IMG/VR virus record: IMGVR_UViG_3300012173_000004
Location: 1 to 64,000 of that record
Source of the DNA: a virus
Taxonomy: Duplodnaviria; Caudoviricetes
DNA: 64,000 nucleotides
Reading direction: 5' to 3' (one strand)
The first letter of the stretch is position 1; each line of letters opens with the position of its first letter. The notes under the pieces were generated by a model, which made no database searches, was not told the DNA's origin, and saw only the letters and a list, made by a program, of their open reading frames with translations. This document shows positions 49,278-58,605 of the stretch, one piece after another. The position numbers were made by a program, and so were the translations under genes.

Positions 49278-49907
49278 ATGGGTGCTCCTGTTTTAAGTAA
49301 GCTGGGTGGCAGTGCAGGGGGTAGCGGGACTGTAGCTGTAACTAACTTCCCTGCCGTCCAAGCTGTTAGTGCTGTTGATCTTGACATACGAAATCTTTCT
49401 CATAGCCAAGACTCCATTCGTATTGGCGATGGCACAGATCTTGTTGATGTTTTTGATCTCACTAACAGTAATCCTCTTGTTGTTGCTATTGTTGATGGTG
49501 CTGGTAATCAAATCACCAGTTTCAATGGTAGCAGTGGCATAACGTTTCCAGCTAGGTCATCTGCAACAACTGTAGATCTTGTAGCTGGGAATAGTGCCAA
49601 CCTGGATAGCAGTGTTATCCCCAACTTAAAAACAGGTAAATTGATGAAAATAACTCTTTCATCTTCAGTTGCTTGTAAGTGGCTACTTAAGACGTTTGAT
49701 GGAAGTGTAGAAACTAGTTTTGACATCATCTATACTAGTGGGCTACAGGGTAAGCCCACAGAGGCGTGGGAAACTCCTGATCCTTCCTTTATACTTCAAG
49801 TAGGTACGGGTGGTACTCAACTATTCCGCGTGGCAGTTACTAACTTGGATCGTTCCAATGCCGCGGATGCACATGCAACATTTTATTGGGATGAGGTTAC
49901 TACATAA
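49278..49907 (+). CDS. Fibre/decoration-like protein (paralogue of 50147..50896)
   Basis: GTVAVTNFPAVQAVS shaft motif; shared C-terminal FR..VTNLD..NAAD..ATF. Confidence 0.55.
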   Translation: MGAPVLSKLGGSAGGSGTVAVTNFPAVQAVSAVDLDIRNLSHSQDSIRIGDGTDLVDVFDLTNSNPLVVAIVDGAGNQITSFNGSSGITFPARSSATTVDLVAGNSANLDSSVIPNLKTGKLMKITLSSSVACKWLLKTFDGSVETSFDIIYTSGLQGKPTEAWETPDPSFILQVGTGGTQLFRVAVTNLDRSNAADAHATFYWDEVTT

Positions 49908-50128
49908 TGGCTGATTTAACGACAAGTAGGCGACCAGTGGATCCTTATCCTGGTGTGACACTGAAAGCAAGACGCATTCAGTTAAACATCGAAGCGGTTA
50001 AGTTGGACATTTCCAGAGCGGAAGTTGAAATCTTGGAACATCTCGAAGTGATACAGCAGCGAGAAGGAACAATAGTTGTTCTCCAAGGCAAAGTGGCAGA
50101 ATTAGAGGCGGCTTTAAACGATTCTTAG
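49907..50128 (+). CDS. Small coiled-coil protein
   Basis: Heptad pattern; coupled start. Confidence 0.5.
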   Translation: MADLTTSRRPVDPYPGVTLKARRIQLNIEAVKLDISRAEVEILEHLEVIQQREGTIVVLQGKVAELEAALNDS

Positions 50129-50146
50129 TGGTGGAGGGGTAGGACG

Positions 50147-50896
50147 ATGGCGGATCAAAGATCATATTATCAGGGTCTAGATCTTGACACCGGCGCAGGC
50201 ACGGATCGAGTTCTGGGTGTTAATCTAAGACTATCAGCGGATGGAGGTGCAATTGAAGCACTCGGCCAGAAGGCGATGATTTCATCTCTTCCGGTGGTCA
50301 TTGCTTCAGATCAAACAGTAATTCCTGTTAATTTAACAGGTGGCACACTTACAAGTATCATCGGCACTGTAGGTGTTAACACAGAGTTGCCAGATGCAGT
50401 TGCGCTAGGTGATGCTACGGCCAATCCAACGGTTCCGGGCGTTGGCGCCTTTGCTATGGCTTACAATGGCGCAACTTGGGATCGTGTTCGCAGTGCTAAC
50501 ACTGGTCGTTTGCAAGTTGACGTCATAACTGGTGGAGGTTCAGATACACCAACCAATCCAGTTAATGCCTATGTGACTATTTCAGGTCTCACAGCAGGCA
50601 GTGCTGATCATCTTACCACACCTGAGGCTGCAGGCAAGAAATTGGCTGCTGTTGAGGTTTGGTCCTCTGTCGCATTTAAGGCTTTCTTGCACACTGTGGA
50701 TAACAGCGTGGAAAGCACCAATCCTCTCGTAGTTGGTGGCGGTGAGGCTTTTCAGCCTTTCAAATATAAGCCGTCCCATCGTTCTTATATTACTTTGGGA
50801 ACGACTGCGGGTTTGGATGCCTTCCGTATGAAGGTTACTAACCTGGACGACGCCAACGCGGCAGACATTTACGCGACTTTCCATTATGAGGATTAA
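50147..50896 (+). CDS. Fibre/decoration-like protein
   Basis: GQKAM.SSLPVVIASDQ and YNGATWDRVR motifs; paralogous C-domain. Confidence 0.55.
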   Translation: MADQRSYYQGLDLDTGAGTDRVLGVNLRLSADGGAIEALGQKAMISSLPVVIASDQTVIPVNLTGGTLTSIIGTVGVNTELPDAVALGDATANPTVPGVGAFAMAYNGATWDRVRSANTGRLQVDVITGGGSDTPTNPVNAYVTISGLTAGSADHLTTPEAAGKKLAAVEVWSSVAFKAFLHTVDNSVESTNPLVVGGGEAFQPFKYKPSHRSYITLGTTAGLDAFRMKVTNLDDANAADIYATFHYED

Positions 50897-50898
50897 TC

Positions 50899-51555
50899 GT
50901 GGCGGACAAGCGCGACTTAGACGTTAACAATATTAGGGTTGCCGGCGGCACTCTCTCCATTCAGGGGGCATTGCCTGCCGGCACTAGTAACATTGGTTTT
51001 GTTACCGTTGCTGGTGGTACCATTACTGCAAGCGGCAGCTCTGCAGGCACTACTATATCAGTACTAGGGCCAGAAGCACATGATGCTCCTGTTGCAAGCA
51101 ATCCTGTATTGAATGGCGCAATTGCTAATGATTCTGATGATACTGCTCCTCCTAATAGAGTAAGTACTGAAAGTGATCTTGTTCGTCTAGTTGCTGATAG
51201 AGACGGCAGCCTTCATGTTCTACCCTACGGCCCTCAGGTTTGGGATTACCATGAAGACAGTTCAGCAGGACAATCTGCGGTTGTAGTTCATGCTGCGCCA
51301 GGCGCTGGCCTATCTTTGTATGTAAAAAGTGTTACTTTTGCACTTGGTCAAGCTACAAGCATGAACTTTTGGCTCACAGTCGGTACTACCACTAAAGTAC
51401 TTGGGCCGTTCTATCTTGAAGACAAGGTTGGTCGTGGTGTGCACCTCCCCTTCCTGCAGCCAAAAAAGATAACTGTTAATAGTGACTTACGCATACATAC
51501 CAGTGCTACAGTTACACATTCAGTAGACATCCTCGGTTTTACAGGTCAGGGGTAG
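50899..51555 (+). CDS. Fibre/decoration-like protein
   Basis: LPAGTSNIG.V, HDAPVASNPV and AAPGAGLSLYV motifs. Confidence 0.55.
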   Translation: MADKRDLDVNNIRVAGGTLSIQGALPAGTSNIGFVTVAGGTITASGSSAGTTISVLGPEAHDAPVASNPVLNGAIANDSDDTAPPNRVSTESDLVRLVADRDGSLHVLPYGPQVWDYHEDSSAGQSAVVVHAAPGAGLSLYVKSVTFALGQATSMNFWLTVGTTTKVLGPFYLEDKVGRGVHLPFLQPKKITVNSDLRIHTSATVTHSVDILGFTGQG

Positions 51556-51563
51556 GAGGAAAT

Positions 51564-52262
51564 ATGATTGAAATTGTTTTTGATACCCCCAATAATTTTA
51601 CGAGGTCAGATAAAGTACCTGCTTCGGAAATTATAGGCTTGATGAGTGGTTGGGACTTCGATCTTAAGGACAACATCATTGTCAATGTTGCCAAAGACAA
51701 TGTCTCGCCTGTTGATGGCCAGACCAATGAAATTCTAGATGTTACTGATAGTTTTGGTAATATTTATACCAAAACAGCTGAATACTGTTTAGGTCGCAAC
51801 AAGGCTGGTAGTGGTGTTGTTGTAGCTCAGTTTTGTGCCCGTAATACTGTGGTCGCACCTAATACGACTGTACTTCAAATTACAGCACACTTCAGTTCAA
51901 GTGCAAAAGCCAAGGCAATTGCTGGTTCCGTTTTGAAGTCAGATCAACCCCTTGAAGTTGTGGCTGTAGATTTTCGTACTGATATCAATTCTGACGCTGG
52001 TCCTATGGACCTTGTAGTTCCTGATGCTGAACACCTTTGGGTTCGTTCCATGGGTAAGGAAGGCGTCCATGGTTCTCTTACTACAACGATTTGGGGTTGG
52101 GATTGGGCGGCGGTTGGTACCAACGGCAGTCCTACTGCCTCTAATATTTCAGTGGGTACGGAACTGGCTGTTGTTATGGGTCCTTCAAATCCAAGTAATC
52201 CTATTTGGTTATTCGGCGGCGACCACGTTTCTATTTATGCCGCTTACAAAGAAGTGGTCTAA
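51564..52262 (+). CDS. Beta-domain virion protein (paralogue of the C-domain of 52271..53674)
   Basis: VTDSFGNIYTK..E vs ITDTAGGNTWTK..E. Confidence 0.5.
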   Translation: MIEIVFDTPNNFTRSDKVPASEIIGLMSGWDFDLKDNIIVNVAKDNVSPVDGQTNEILDVTDSFGNIYTKTAEYCLGRNKAGSGVVVAQFCARNTVVAPNTTVLQITAHFSSSAKAKAIAGSVLKSDQPLEVVAVDFRTDINSDAGPMDLVVPDAEHLWVRSMGKEGVHGSLTTTIWGWDWAAVGTNGSPTASNISVGTELAVVMGPSNPSNPIWLFGGDHVSIYAAYKEVV

Positions 52263-52270
52263 TAACTATT

Positions 52271-53674
52271 ATGTCAACAGTACGCGGCGAAGACTTATTT
52301 GGCAGACCTAACGAAGCTCCCTTAGGTTTTCCCTGGGCATCAGCCTTTTCTGGTGCTGGTGGCATGAACCTCTACAATGGGCAAGTGACCGGAGCTACCA
52401 ATAATACTGGTTTTTGTGCAATGTATTATGATTTAGCTATGGCAGGTTCTGATGGCTGGGTTAAGTGCCGCTTCAGCACCGCAGATGCTATTGATAATAG
52501 TGAAGGTGGTGTCATATTTCGATCAGTTGCGGGTACCACCAAAACTTTTTCAAAAGCTGGTTATGGTTACTATCTTGCCAGTGGCGGCTGGAGTTTTCTA
52601 ATTGATGGCTATATTGGAGGGGTATCTATTAGTGGTCCTAGTGAAAGCGCTGCGCCAACAGCACCTGATGATCTTGAGATAAGATTTTTTGGTAACATTT
52701 TAAGTTACTATTTGAATGGTAGTTGGCGCTGGGATGACAACACCATGGATAATACCAATGTATTGATGGATGCAGGTGTACGGTGTGGTTTGTATTCCAT
52801 GATTGGTACTTACAATACGCCAAGAATGGATACCTTTGAATACGGTGACTATGCCTTTCAAACAGATAAAAATATGTTCGCTCCAGGAATCTTGTATCCT
52901 GGCCTTGGAACAATTCAATCGAAAACTGCTAATCAATCAAGTTTAGCTTTAGTTACAGGCGCCACAGCCGCTGCTGGGCGTTTAGCATGGGTAACAATCG
53001 CTGTTGATAATGCCACAACTACAGATGGTGATGGTGGTGCTGTCTCTTCTATCACAGATACCGCTGGCGGTAACACCTGGACAAAGGCCATAGAATTTCA
53101 AAATGGTCAGGGTTCAGCTCAAGCTGGTGCCGTAGTTTCTATTTGGTACAGTATACTTGTTAATCAGATAAATAGGGGCGGGACAATAACAGCGAACTTC
53201 ACCAGCAACACTTCCCGTGATGCTGCAGCAATGGCAGGTGATTGCGTTAAGCTGCTTTCTGGTTACGATCTCCAAGTTTATACTACTATGACAGGTGCGT
53301 CAGATGGCGTCATTAATCCAGGAGATATGACGCTTACAGTTCCAGCGGGATATAGTTATTTGTTTGTAACTGGTTTAGCCGTTGAAGCTCCTGAAACAGA
53401 TGCACATATACCCAGCGGAAATACTATCTTTCCAGCACCACAATCCCGCATGCTTGCTTATCACGGCAATGGTACTACCGGCGGCGCGGCTGCATCTAAT
53501 ATGCTTGTGCGCACAGGTTATCGCATTGGTGATCATCGAAATACTGTTATGGGTTGGATTAATGGTTTTTCAAACTCACGTGACGATGCCATGGTAGCTA
53601 TTGCATTCCGTGCTGTTCCAAATACAGCGCCTGGCGGTTCGACTATTTGGGGTGGCCTTGGTGGTTGGTACTAA
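52271..53674 (+). CDS. Two-domain virion surface protein (lectin-like N-domain plus beta-sandwich)
   Basis: D.F.RPN..LG..W start; G/T/A-rich. Confidence 0.5.
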   Translation: MSTVRGEDLFGRPNEAPLGFPWASAFSGAGGMNLYNGQVTGATNNTGFCAMYYDLAMAGSDGWVKCRFSTADAIDNSEGGVIFRSVAGTTKTFSKAGYGYYLASGGWSFLIDGYIGGVSISGPSESAAPTAPDDLEIRFFGNILSYYLNGSWRWDDNTMDNTNVLMDAGVRCGLYSMIGTYNTPRMDTFEYGDYAFQTDKNMFAPGILYPGLGTIQSKTANQSSLALVTGATAAAGRLAWVTIAVDNATTTDGDGGAVSSITDTAGGNTWTKAIEFQNGQGSAQAGAVVSIWYSILVNQINRGGTITANFTSNTSRDAAAMAGDCVKLLSGYDLQVYTTMTGASDGVINPGDMTLTVPAGYSYLFVTGLAVEAPETDAHIPSGNTIFPAPQSRMLAYHGNGTTGGAAASNMLVRTGYRIGDHRNTVMGWINGFSNSRDDAMVAIAFRAVPNTAPGGSTIWGGLGGWY

Positions 53675-53729
53675 ATCCTCTTTAATGGGTTATAGTATTA
53701 TTAAGATTAAGTGTAATGCGGGGTTTTCA

Positions 53730-54302
53730 ATGGTTAAGATTTGGCATGTGGTTGTACTAATACTAAGTATTTTCATTGTTTTGTTTTGGACGGAGGTTGG
53801 GCGGCCAGCTTCAGCACTACCACCCATGCAGGATTTGAAGACGCTTCAAGTGCAGCGTGTGGATGAATCCCCTTCGTATGAATTAGATTTGTATCATCAT
53901 CAAATTTTTATTGCCAAACACAGCCTTCTTTATAGTTTTGGTATTTTTAATCCTGGTGACATCACAAACGTTAGTGGTTGTACAGCTCTACAAAATCTCA
54001 TAAACCTCTATAAGAAAGAGGTAGATCTTTTCATTGAGGATGGGATAGTAGGCGTTGGGGTACAATGGCGCATTCTTGTACGTGGTGTGAAAGGCGGAGA
54101 AGATTCCCAATATCTTTTAATAAGTTTTGGCTATAGTTTTTTGTTTAAACAAGGTCACATTTTATTGATACCCGTGGCAGTGGACGACACTATATTAGAC
54201 ACCCCATTTTTAAGTGGGTATTCTGCACCTGAAAATGCTGTCGTTCCAGCTTGTCTTGCCCTAGTTCAGCGCCTTGGTGGTAAGAAACGTACCTCTCTTT
54301 AA
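53730..54302 (+). CDS. Hypothetical protein with N-terminal signal/TM segment
   Basis: Hydrophobic N-terminus. Confidence 0.5.
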   Translation: MVKIWHVVVLILSIFIVLFWTEVGRPASALPPMQDLKTLQVQRVDESPSYELDLYHHQIFIAKHSLLYSFGIFNPGDITNVSGCTALQNLINLYKKEVDLFIEDGIVGVGVQWRILVRGVKGGEDSQYLLISFGYSFLFKQGHILLIPVAVDDTILDTPFLSGYSAPENAVVPACLALVQRLGGKKRTSL

Positions 54303-54309
54303 GGACTTA

Positions 54310-54693
54310 ATGGCCACACGAAAGAAAGCTCGGTTTTCTATCACCGAGCGTGAAAACATACAGCGTTGGGTTGAAATCAACTCTAAGCTAGATCATATCA
54401 TTGGCAAGCAAGAAGACTTTTGTAAACGTCTCGAAACTGTTACAAAGACAGTAACTGTCCACTGTGATGCTGATACCCTCTATCAGAAGCACATGACTAT
54501 GATTCTCACTGGTGATCCTGCAGACGAAACTAAGGTTGGTATTGTTGGGCGCTTAAAGATACTTGAAACAGAAAAGAAGCGTTGGGACAAGGCTACATGG
54601 TTTATGGTCTCTACAGTTATTGCCTTGGCTGTCACCAAGGCATTTGAGTGGATTAAGTTTGCATTTACACAAGTCCCCGCTTTGCCTAAATAG
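54310..54693 (+). CDS. Coiled-coil protein with C-terminal TM segment
   Basis: GIVGRLK.LE followed by a hydrophobic helix. Confidence 0.5.
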   Translation: MATRKKARFSITERENIQRWVEINSKLDHIIGKQEDFCKRLETVTKTVTVHCDADTLYQKHMTMILTGDPADETKVGIVGRLKILETEKKRWDKATWFMVSTVIALAVTKAFEWIKFAFTQVPALPK

Positions 54694-54732
54694 TTAGTTG
54701 CCTCTTCCTGCATAAAAATTCTTTAATAGGTC

Positions 54733-55056
54733 ATGTTAGAAGTACGTACTTCAAAACAGGATGATGAGTCTCGGTTAAAAGCTGTATATGTTAGCATGGG
54801 GGCTTTCCTTCATTTGTTTTCTAAGGATCTAAGGAATCCTTCGAAAATAGAATACGCCCACACCTCTGATGATATTCCTGACGATGCTGAGCTTGTTGGT
54901 ATTCACTTGGATCCCCACACAATACATACTGTGGTGCTTATTATGAGATCGCCACAATTTCCACTTGTTGAACCGGGGAATATTATACCTGAGTTACGGG
55001 TAATGCTTCGTGTAACACCAATTAAATTCATTTTGAAAGAGGGAGGTGAGGAATAA
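54733..55056 (+). CDS. Hypothetical protein
   Basis: ORF in a run of coupled small genes. Confidence 0.55.
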   Translation: MLEVRTSKQDDESRLKAVYVSMGAFLHLFSKDLRNPSKIEYAHTSDDIPDDAELVGIHLDPHTIHTVVLIMRSPQFPLVEPGNIIPELRVMLRVTPIKFILKEGGEE

Positions 55057-55259
55057 TGGATGTTACTATTAACTACACGTTTGGGCGATTTGAAGCCAAG
55101 TTGGCTACAGCTCAAATCAACGGTATCTTTTATGCTCGTAAAGGCAAAACTTGGGAAAAGGCCCGCGACGCTGTGCTAAAGGAAATCGTTGAAGATTTAT
55201 CACGCTCTCCGGTCGTGCCGGCTTCTCAGCAAATCAAGCTCGAAGATAAGGCGGCGTAA
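55056..55259 (+). CDS. Hypothetical protein
   Basis: SD plus coupled start. Confidence 0.5.
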   Translation: MDVTINYTFGRFEAKLATAQINGIFYARKGKTWEKARDAVLKEIVEDLSRSPVVPASQQIKLEDKAA

Positions 55260-55264
55260 CCTGC

Positions 55265-55325
55265 ATGCCAATCCCAGATAAAGTATTAGTTAGTACACGT
55301 TACCTTTTCTATCTGGGATTGGCAT
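55265..55325. repeat. Perfect 16-bp inverted repeat with 29-nt loop
   Basis: ATGCCAATCCCAGATA / TATCTGGGATTGGCAT. Confidence 0.85.
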
Positions 55326-55380
55326 TGGGTGTGATGATCGGCGCATTAGCAATAACAGTTTATAGAGGACCAAATTTACC

Positions 55381-55722
55381 ATGTCCCTCACAGAAAGACT
55401 TCGCAGTCCCACGCGAATTTCCAAAGTTTCAGATTTAGAGTTTTATGAATTACTGCTTAAGGTAGAGGTTATTCTACCTGGTGGTCGTTGCTTGACCACC
55501 AGCCGTGTGCTTACCAAACAGATGGCAACTGATTTACTACCACCTGATCCTAATATTCACGAATATCATCACCACATCCTTCAACGCGAACAAAAAAGAA
55601 CAAAGTATCTTCGAAGGCAGGAAATTATTAGATTTTATAGCGATGAAATCGCTAGTCAGCTTACCCAGGCTCTGGAAACTAATGACAATATTGACGCTGC
55701 CTTGTCAAAGAGTAAAACATGA
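55381..55722 (+). CDS. Hypothetical protein
   Basis: ORF with GAGG SD. Confidence 0.5.
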   Translation: MSLTERLRSPTRISKVSDLEFYELLLKVEVILPGGRCLTTSRVLTKQMATDLLPPDPNIHEYHHHILQREQKRTKYLRRQEIIRFYSDEIASQLTQALETNDNIDAALSKSKT

Positions 55723-56267
55723 GTCGTTGGAAATTTATACCTAAGAAAGTAGTTCATCATTGTGATGATCCAGAAGCTGATGCTACGGATTTTGCCCACC
55801 CTGCATATTGGCGAGGAGAGGATATGGGCGTCTTTGGTGCTACGCGTCGCATACTTGAAGCTTTGGCCTTTGGTAAACAAGGTGGCGTCACAGCTAGTCC
55901 TGAACTTAATAAAGCACGTGAACTTGTTGAAGAGTGCCGTGAATTAGTATATCAGGCGGCTGATGCCCTTCAGTGGTGTTCAGTTAGTAGTGACTTTGCT
56001 CTTGGTGGCCAAGCTCGAATAGGTTGGACTACTGTCATTGAACCCGTGCTTCGGCGTTACTATTTATTAGATATTAACTTAAATAAGTTGCAAGGTGAGT
56101 TAAAGGAGGCGCGTTCCTATGCCTACAAAATTATGGATCCTCTTAATGTTCCTATTAGAAGGTTGCGCACAGTTAACCTCCGTGGCGTACACTGTAAATG
56201 GTCAGCCGTGCGAGACCGTGGAAGTGCGCCCCTCGTGGTTCTCAACCCAGGTTGTAACGGTGTGTAA
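55719..56267 (+). CDS. Hypothetical phage protein (DATDFAHPAYWRG motif)
   Basis: Coupled by ATGA overlap. Confidence 0.5.
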   Translation: MSRWKFIPKKVVHHCDDPEADATDFAHPAYWRGEDMGVFGATRRILEALAFGKQGGVTASPELNKARELVEECRELVYQAADALQWCSVSSDFALGGQARIGWTTVIEPVLRRYYLLDINLNKLQGELKEARSYAYKIMDPLNVPIRRLRTVNLRGVHCKWSAVRDRGSAPLVVLNPGCNGV

Positions 56268-56427
56268 GGATGATGTAGGAAAACCTTTCGGCTTTGCAGG
56301 TACTCAGGGCACTTCTCAGGTTGATGTGGCTGTAGGAGCGGGTCAAGCTGGTGTGGCTTTAGGAGCAGCCGGCATGATTCAGGACGCTTTGCGCAAAGGC
56401 ACGAGTGTGCAGTTAAAGCTGCGGTAA
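56119..56427 (+). CDS. Putative lipoprotein
   Basis: AAGGAGG SD; LWILLMFLLEGC lipobox-like sequence. Confidence 0.55.
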   Translation: MPTKLWILLMFLLEGCAQLTSVAYTVNGQPCETVEVRPSWFSTQVVTVCKDDVGKPFGFAGTQGTSQVDVAVGAGQAGVALGAAGMIQDALRKGTSVQLKLR

Positions 56428-56582
56428 TGTATTGGCCACCGGTTCTTCCACCACCAATAGCTTCAACACCACAAAGGAAGTGTCCAGCTTGTGGTAAGTG
56501 GCTATTAGTCAAACAATATTACGCCAGGCGTCCTATGTGGAAATGCGGCATTTGTAAATTTTTCATTTGGCGGTTGAAGTAG
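56427..56582 (+). CDS. Small zinc-ribbon protein (CPACG..CGIC), not in the ORF track
   Basis: TAATG coupling; two CxxC motifs. Confidence 0.5.
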   Translation: MYWPPVLPPPIASTPQRKCPACGKWLLVKQYYARRPMWKCGICKFFIWRLK

Positions 56583-56797
56583 TGTGTGCAAAAAGAACAT
56601 ACTTAAGACAGCACGAAGCTTGCGTTCTTACATATGAAGAACTGTACGATAGTTTTTGGTGTCTTAATCACAAGGTTTGGACAGAAGAAACATGTGGCGA
56701 TCCCGATTGTAACTTTTGTTCTCTTCGCCCTGAAGCAATGGAAGTTAAAACTCCAGTTTCAAATATATTAGAATCCTAAAGAAGGGAGGAAAGAATA

Positions 56798-56980
56798 ATG
56801 GCTGCAAAACCATGGAAGTCTCACGAAAAGAACCTTATCAGTCGTACGGCATATGCTTTACGCAAAGGTAAACGCAGTAGTCAATACTCAGCCGTCAAGT
56901 TTTTGCAACGTATGCTGCCGAAACGTAGCTGGGAAAGTATTCGTAGCAAGCTACGGCGTAACATGGGCTTAATTGCTTAA
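56798..56980 (+). CDS. Small Myb/HTH-like protein
   Basis: W...E..L...LPKRSWESIRSK; strong SD. Confidence 0.5.
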   Translation: MAAKPWKSHEKNLISRTAYALRKGKRSSQYSAVKFLQRMLPKRSWESIRSKLRRNMGLIA

Positions 56981-57210
56981 TGCCCACGGAACTAATACTT
57001 ACGGATGAGGATCGTAGGGATCTGCAATACCACTATAACCTCATCCGTAGTTTCCCCTACACCACGCCCAGGGAAAATGTAGAATGTGCTATCAGTGGGC
57101 ATGTGAAATCTTGGGTAAAGCTTGATTCCAAGATGTCACCGCGAAAGGAATATAGTAATGGTCCCTTCTGTGAAAGGTGCCATAAGTTAGCATGGGGGCA
57201 ATATGTCTGA
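56980..57210 (+). CDS. Hypothetical zinc-binding protein
   Basis: C...GH..CERC pattern; coupled start. Confidence 0.45.
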   Translation: MPTELILTDEDRRDLQYHYNLIRSFPYTTPRENVECAISGHVKSWVKLDSKMSPRKEYSNGPFCERCHKLAWGQYV

Positions 57211-57811
57211 ATTTCCAGTTCTTCCTATATTAGGTTACAGCGCAGCTCGCACAATGATTCAAAGCGGTGATGTCATGTTGGCCAGTGGCGCTTACACGTT
57301 TTCTAAACTTATTCAAAAGGCGACAGGCTCTCCCTGGAGTCATGCTGCCTTTGTTATGAGGCTTGATACATTGGATCGTGTCATGGTTTTAGAGAGCATT
57401 GAAAGTCGGGGCGTCCGTACATTACCGCTCAGTGAATACATTAGTAACTTTGAAGGTACTGGCAAGGGTTACAATGGGCGCCTTGCTATTCTTCGTCACA
57501 AGCGCTTCGAAGAATTAGCTACTCCTGAGGGTATGAAACGCATGGCCCAGTTTGCAGTCGATCGTTTTGCTTACCCCTACGATGAAGAAGAAATCGCACG
57601 TATTACGACACGCATCGTTGGCGCTCATTTGGGTTTCACAAACGGTGAACTTAAACGCAACAACGAATTTATCTGTTCAGAGTATGTGTACGAGTGCTAC
57701 AAGGCCTTGGGCATTGATGTTGTTTACGACAAGCGTGGGTTTGTCGCCCCCGCAGACTTTGCAAGAGATTCAAACCTGGATATTTTATTTGAGATCAACA
57801 TATCTAAATGA
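57203..57811 (+). CDS. Permuted papain-like NlpC/P60 amidase (YiiX/YebB-like)
   Basis: SGDVML, IQKATGSPWSHAA, PYD and FICSEYV motifs. Confidence 0.85.
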   Translation: MSEFPVLPILGYSAARTMIQSGDVMLASGAYTFSKLIQKATGSPWSHAAFVMRLDTLDRVMVLESIESRGVRTLPLSEYISNFEGTGKGYNGRLAILRHKRFEELATPEGMKRMAQFAVDRFAYPYDEEEIARITTRIVGAHLGFTNGELKRNNEFICSEYVYECYKALGIDVVYDKRGFVAPADFARDSNLDILFEINISK

Positions 57812-57931
57812 ATGAATGCTTTGCAGCGGGTATAGCTGGAGGCTTTGTTGTAGTTCTGGCTTTTCTAATTCTAGCTTATATCATTGATACTCTTGAACAA
57901 GGGAGTAAAGATGACAAGGGCTAGTAACGAT

Positions 57932-57989
57932 GTGTCGGTAGCTTAATTGGTAAAGCTCCTGACTGTGGGTTCAAATCTCATCCAACACC
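57932..57989 (+). pseudogene. tRNA-His(GTG) remnant with an internal deletion
   Basis: Acceptor GTGTCGG/CCAACAC, D-arm GCTT-AATTGGTA-AAGC, CCTGA-CT-GTG, T-arm GTGGG-TTCAAAT-CTCAT; 3' anticodon stem and variable loop absent. Confidence 0.6.
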
Positions 57990-58001
57990 TGTGGTGTAAA
58001 A

Positions 58002-58205
58002 ATGGCACTTATAATTGCACTAGTTAACAAATCTAATTTAGCAGAAGTTTCTGACTATCAAGCAGATGTATATGTAAATGATCGACACATTGCAGGCCCT
58101 TTTGAAGTCAAGGGCCACAAACGTAGTGATGGCTGGGCAGCTTTAATACAACAATTTGCGGGACAAATTAAGAAAAAGGAGCACAAACGTGAAACCCAAC
58201 AATGA
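58002..58205 (+). CDS. Hypothetical protein
   Basis: ORF in a co-oriented run. Confidence 0.5.
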   Translation: MALIIALVNKSNLAEVSDYQADVYVNDRHIAGPFEVKGHKRSDGWAALIQQFAGQIKKKEHKRETQQ

Positions 58206-58605
58206 AATGACACGCGTTGAAAGATTCGAATACTTTTCAGAGATGATGGCGCCCCAACAAGCACTTATGCACTTGAATCGAGCCACAGGGAGAACAACGC
58301 GTTTAATAAAAGCAGCGTCTGAAGTTGCGAGGAATGGCTTTAGTGTTTTGATAGTTGTCAATGACGAGAAACATCAGCGCCAGTTAATGCAATGTGCCGA
58401 TGAACTGGACATTGATCCTAGTCGTTTTAGTTGGGCTCACCTTAAAAATCGTGGCATTCAAGTTGATTGGAAAAATATGGAGGTCCATGGCTATTGGGTT
58501 GCAGGCCAGAAGTTTGATAAGATTTTCTTTGATGCCTTCGCAATTGAAGACAACTGGCAAGCACTGTTGTATGAACTGCATCGTTTTGATGAAGAACCAA
58601 AATGA
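58189..58605 (+). CDS. Hypothetical protein with degenerate P-loop (RATGRTT)
   Basis: AAGGAG SD with GTG start. Confidence 0.45.
   Translation: MKPNNEMTRVERFEYFSEMMAPQQALMHLNRATGRTTRLIKAASEVARNGFSVLIVVNDEKHQRQLMQCADELDIDPSRFSWAHLKNRGIQVDWKNMEVHGYWVAGQKFDKIFFDAFAIEDNWQALLYELHRFDEEPK

Noticed and set aside
55719-56427. Rz/Rz1-type spanin pair from overlapping ORFs
   Set aside because: The upstream ORF has no N-terminal TM anchor and the pair is far from the endolysin
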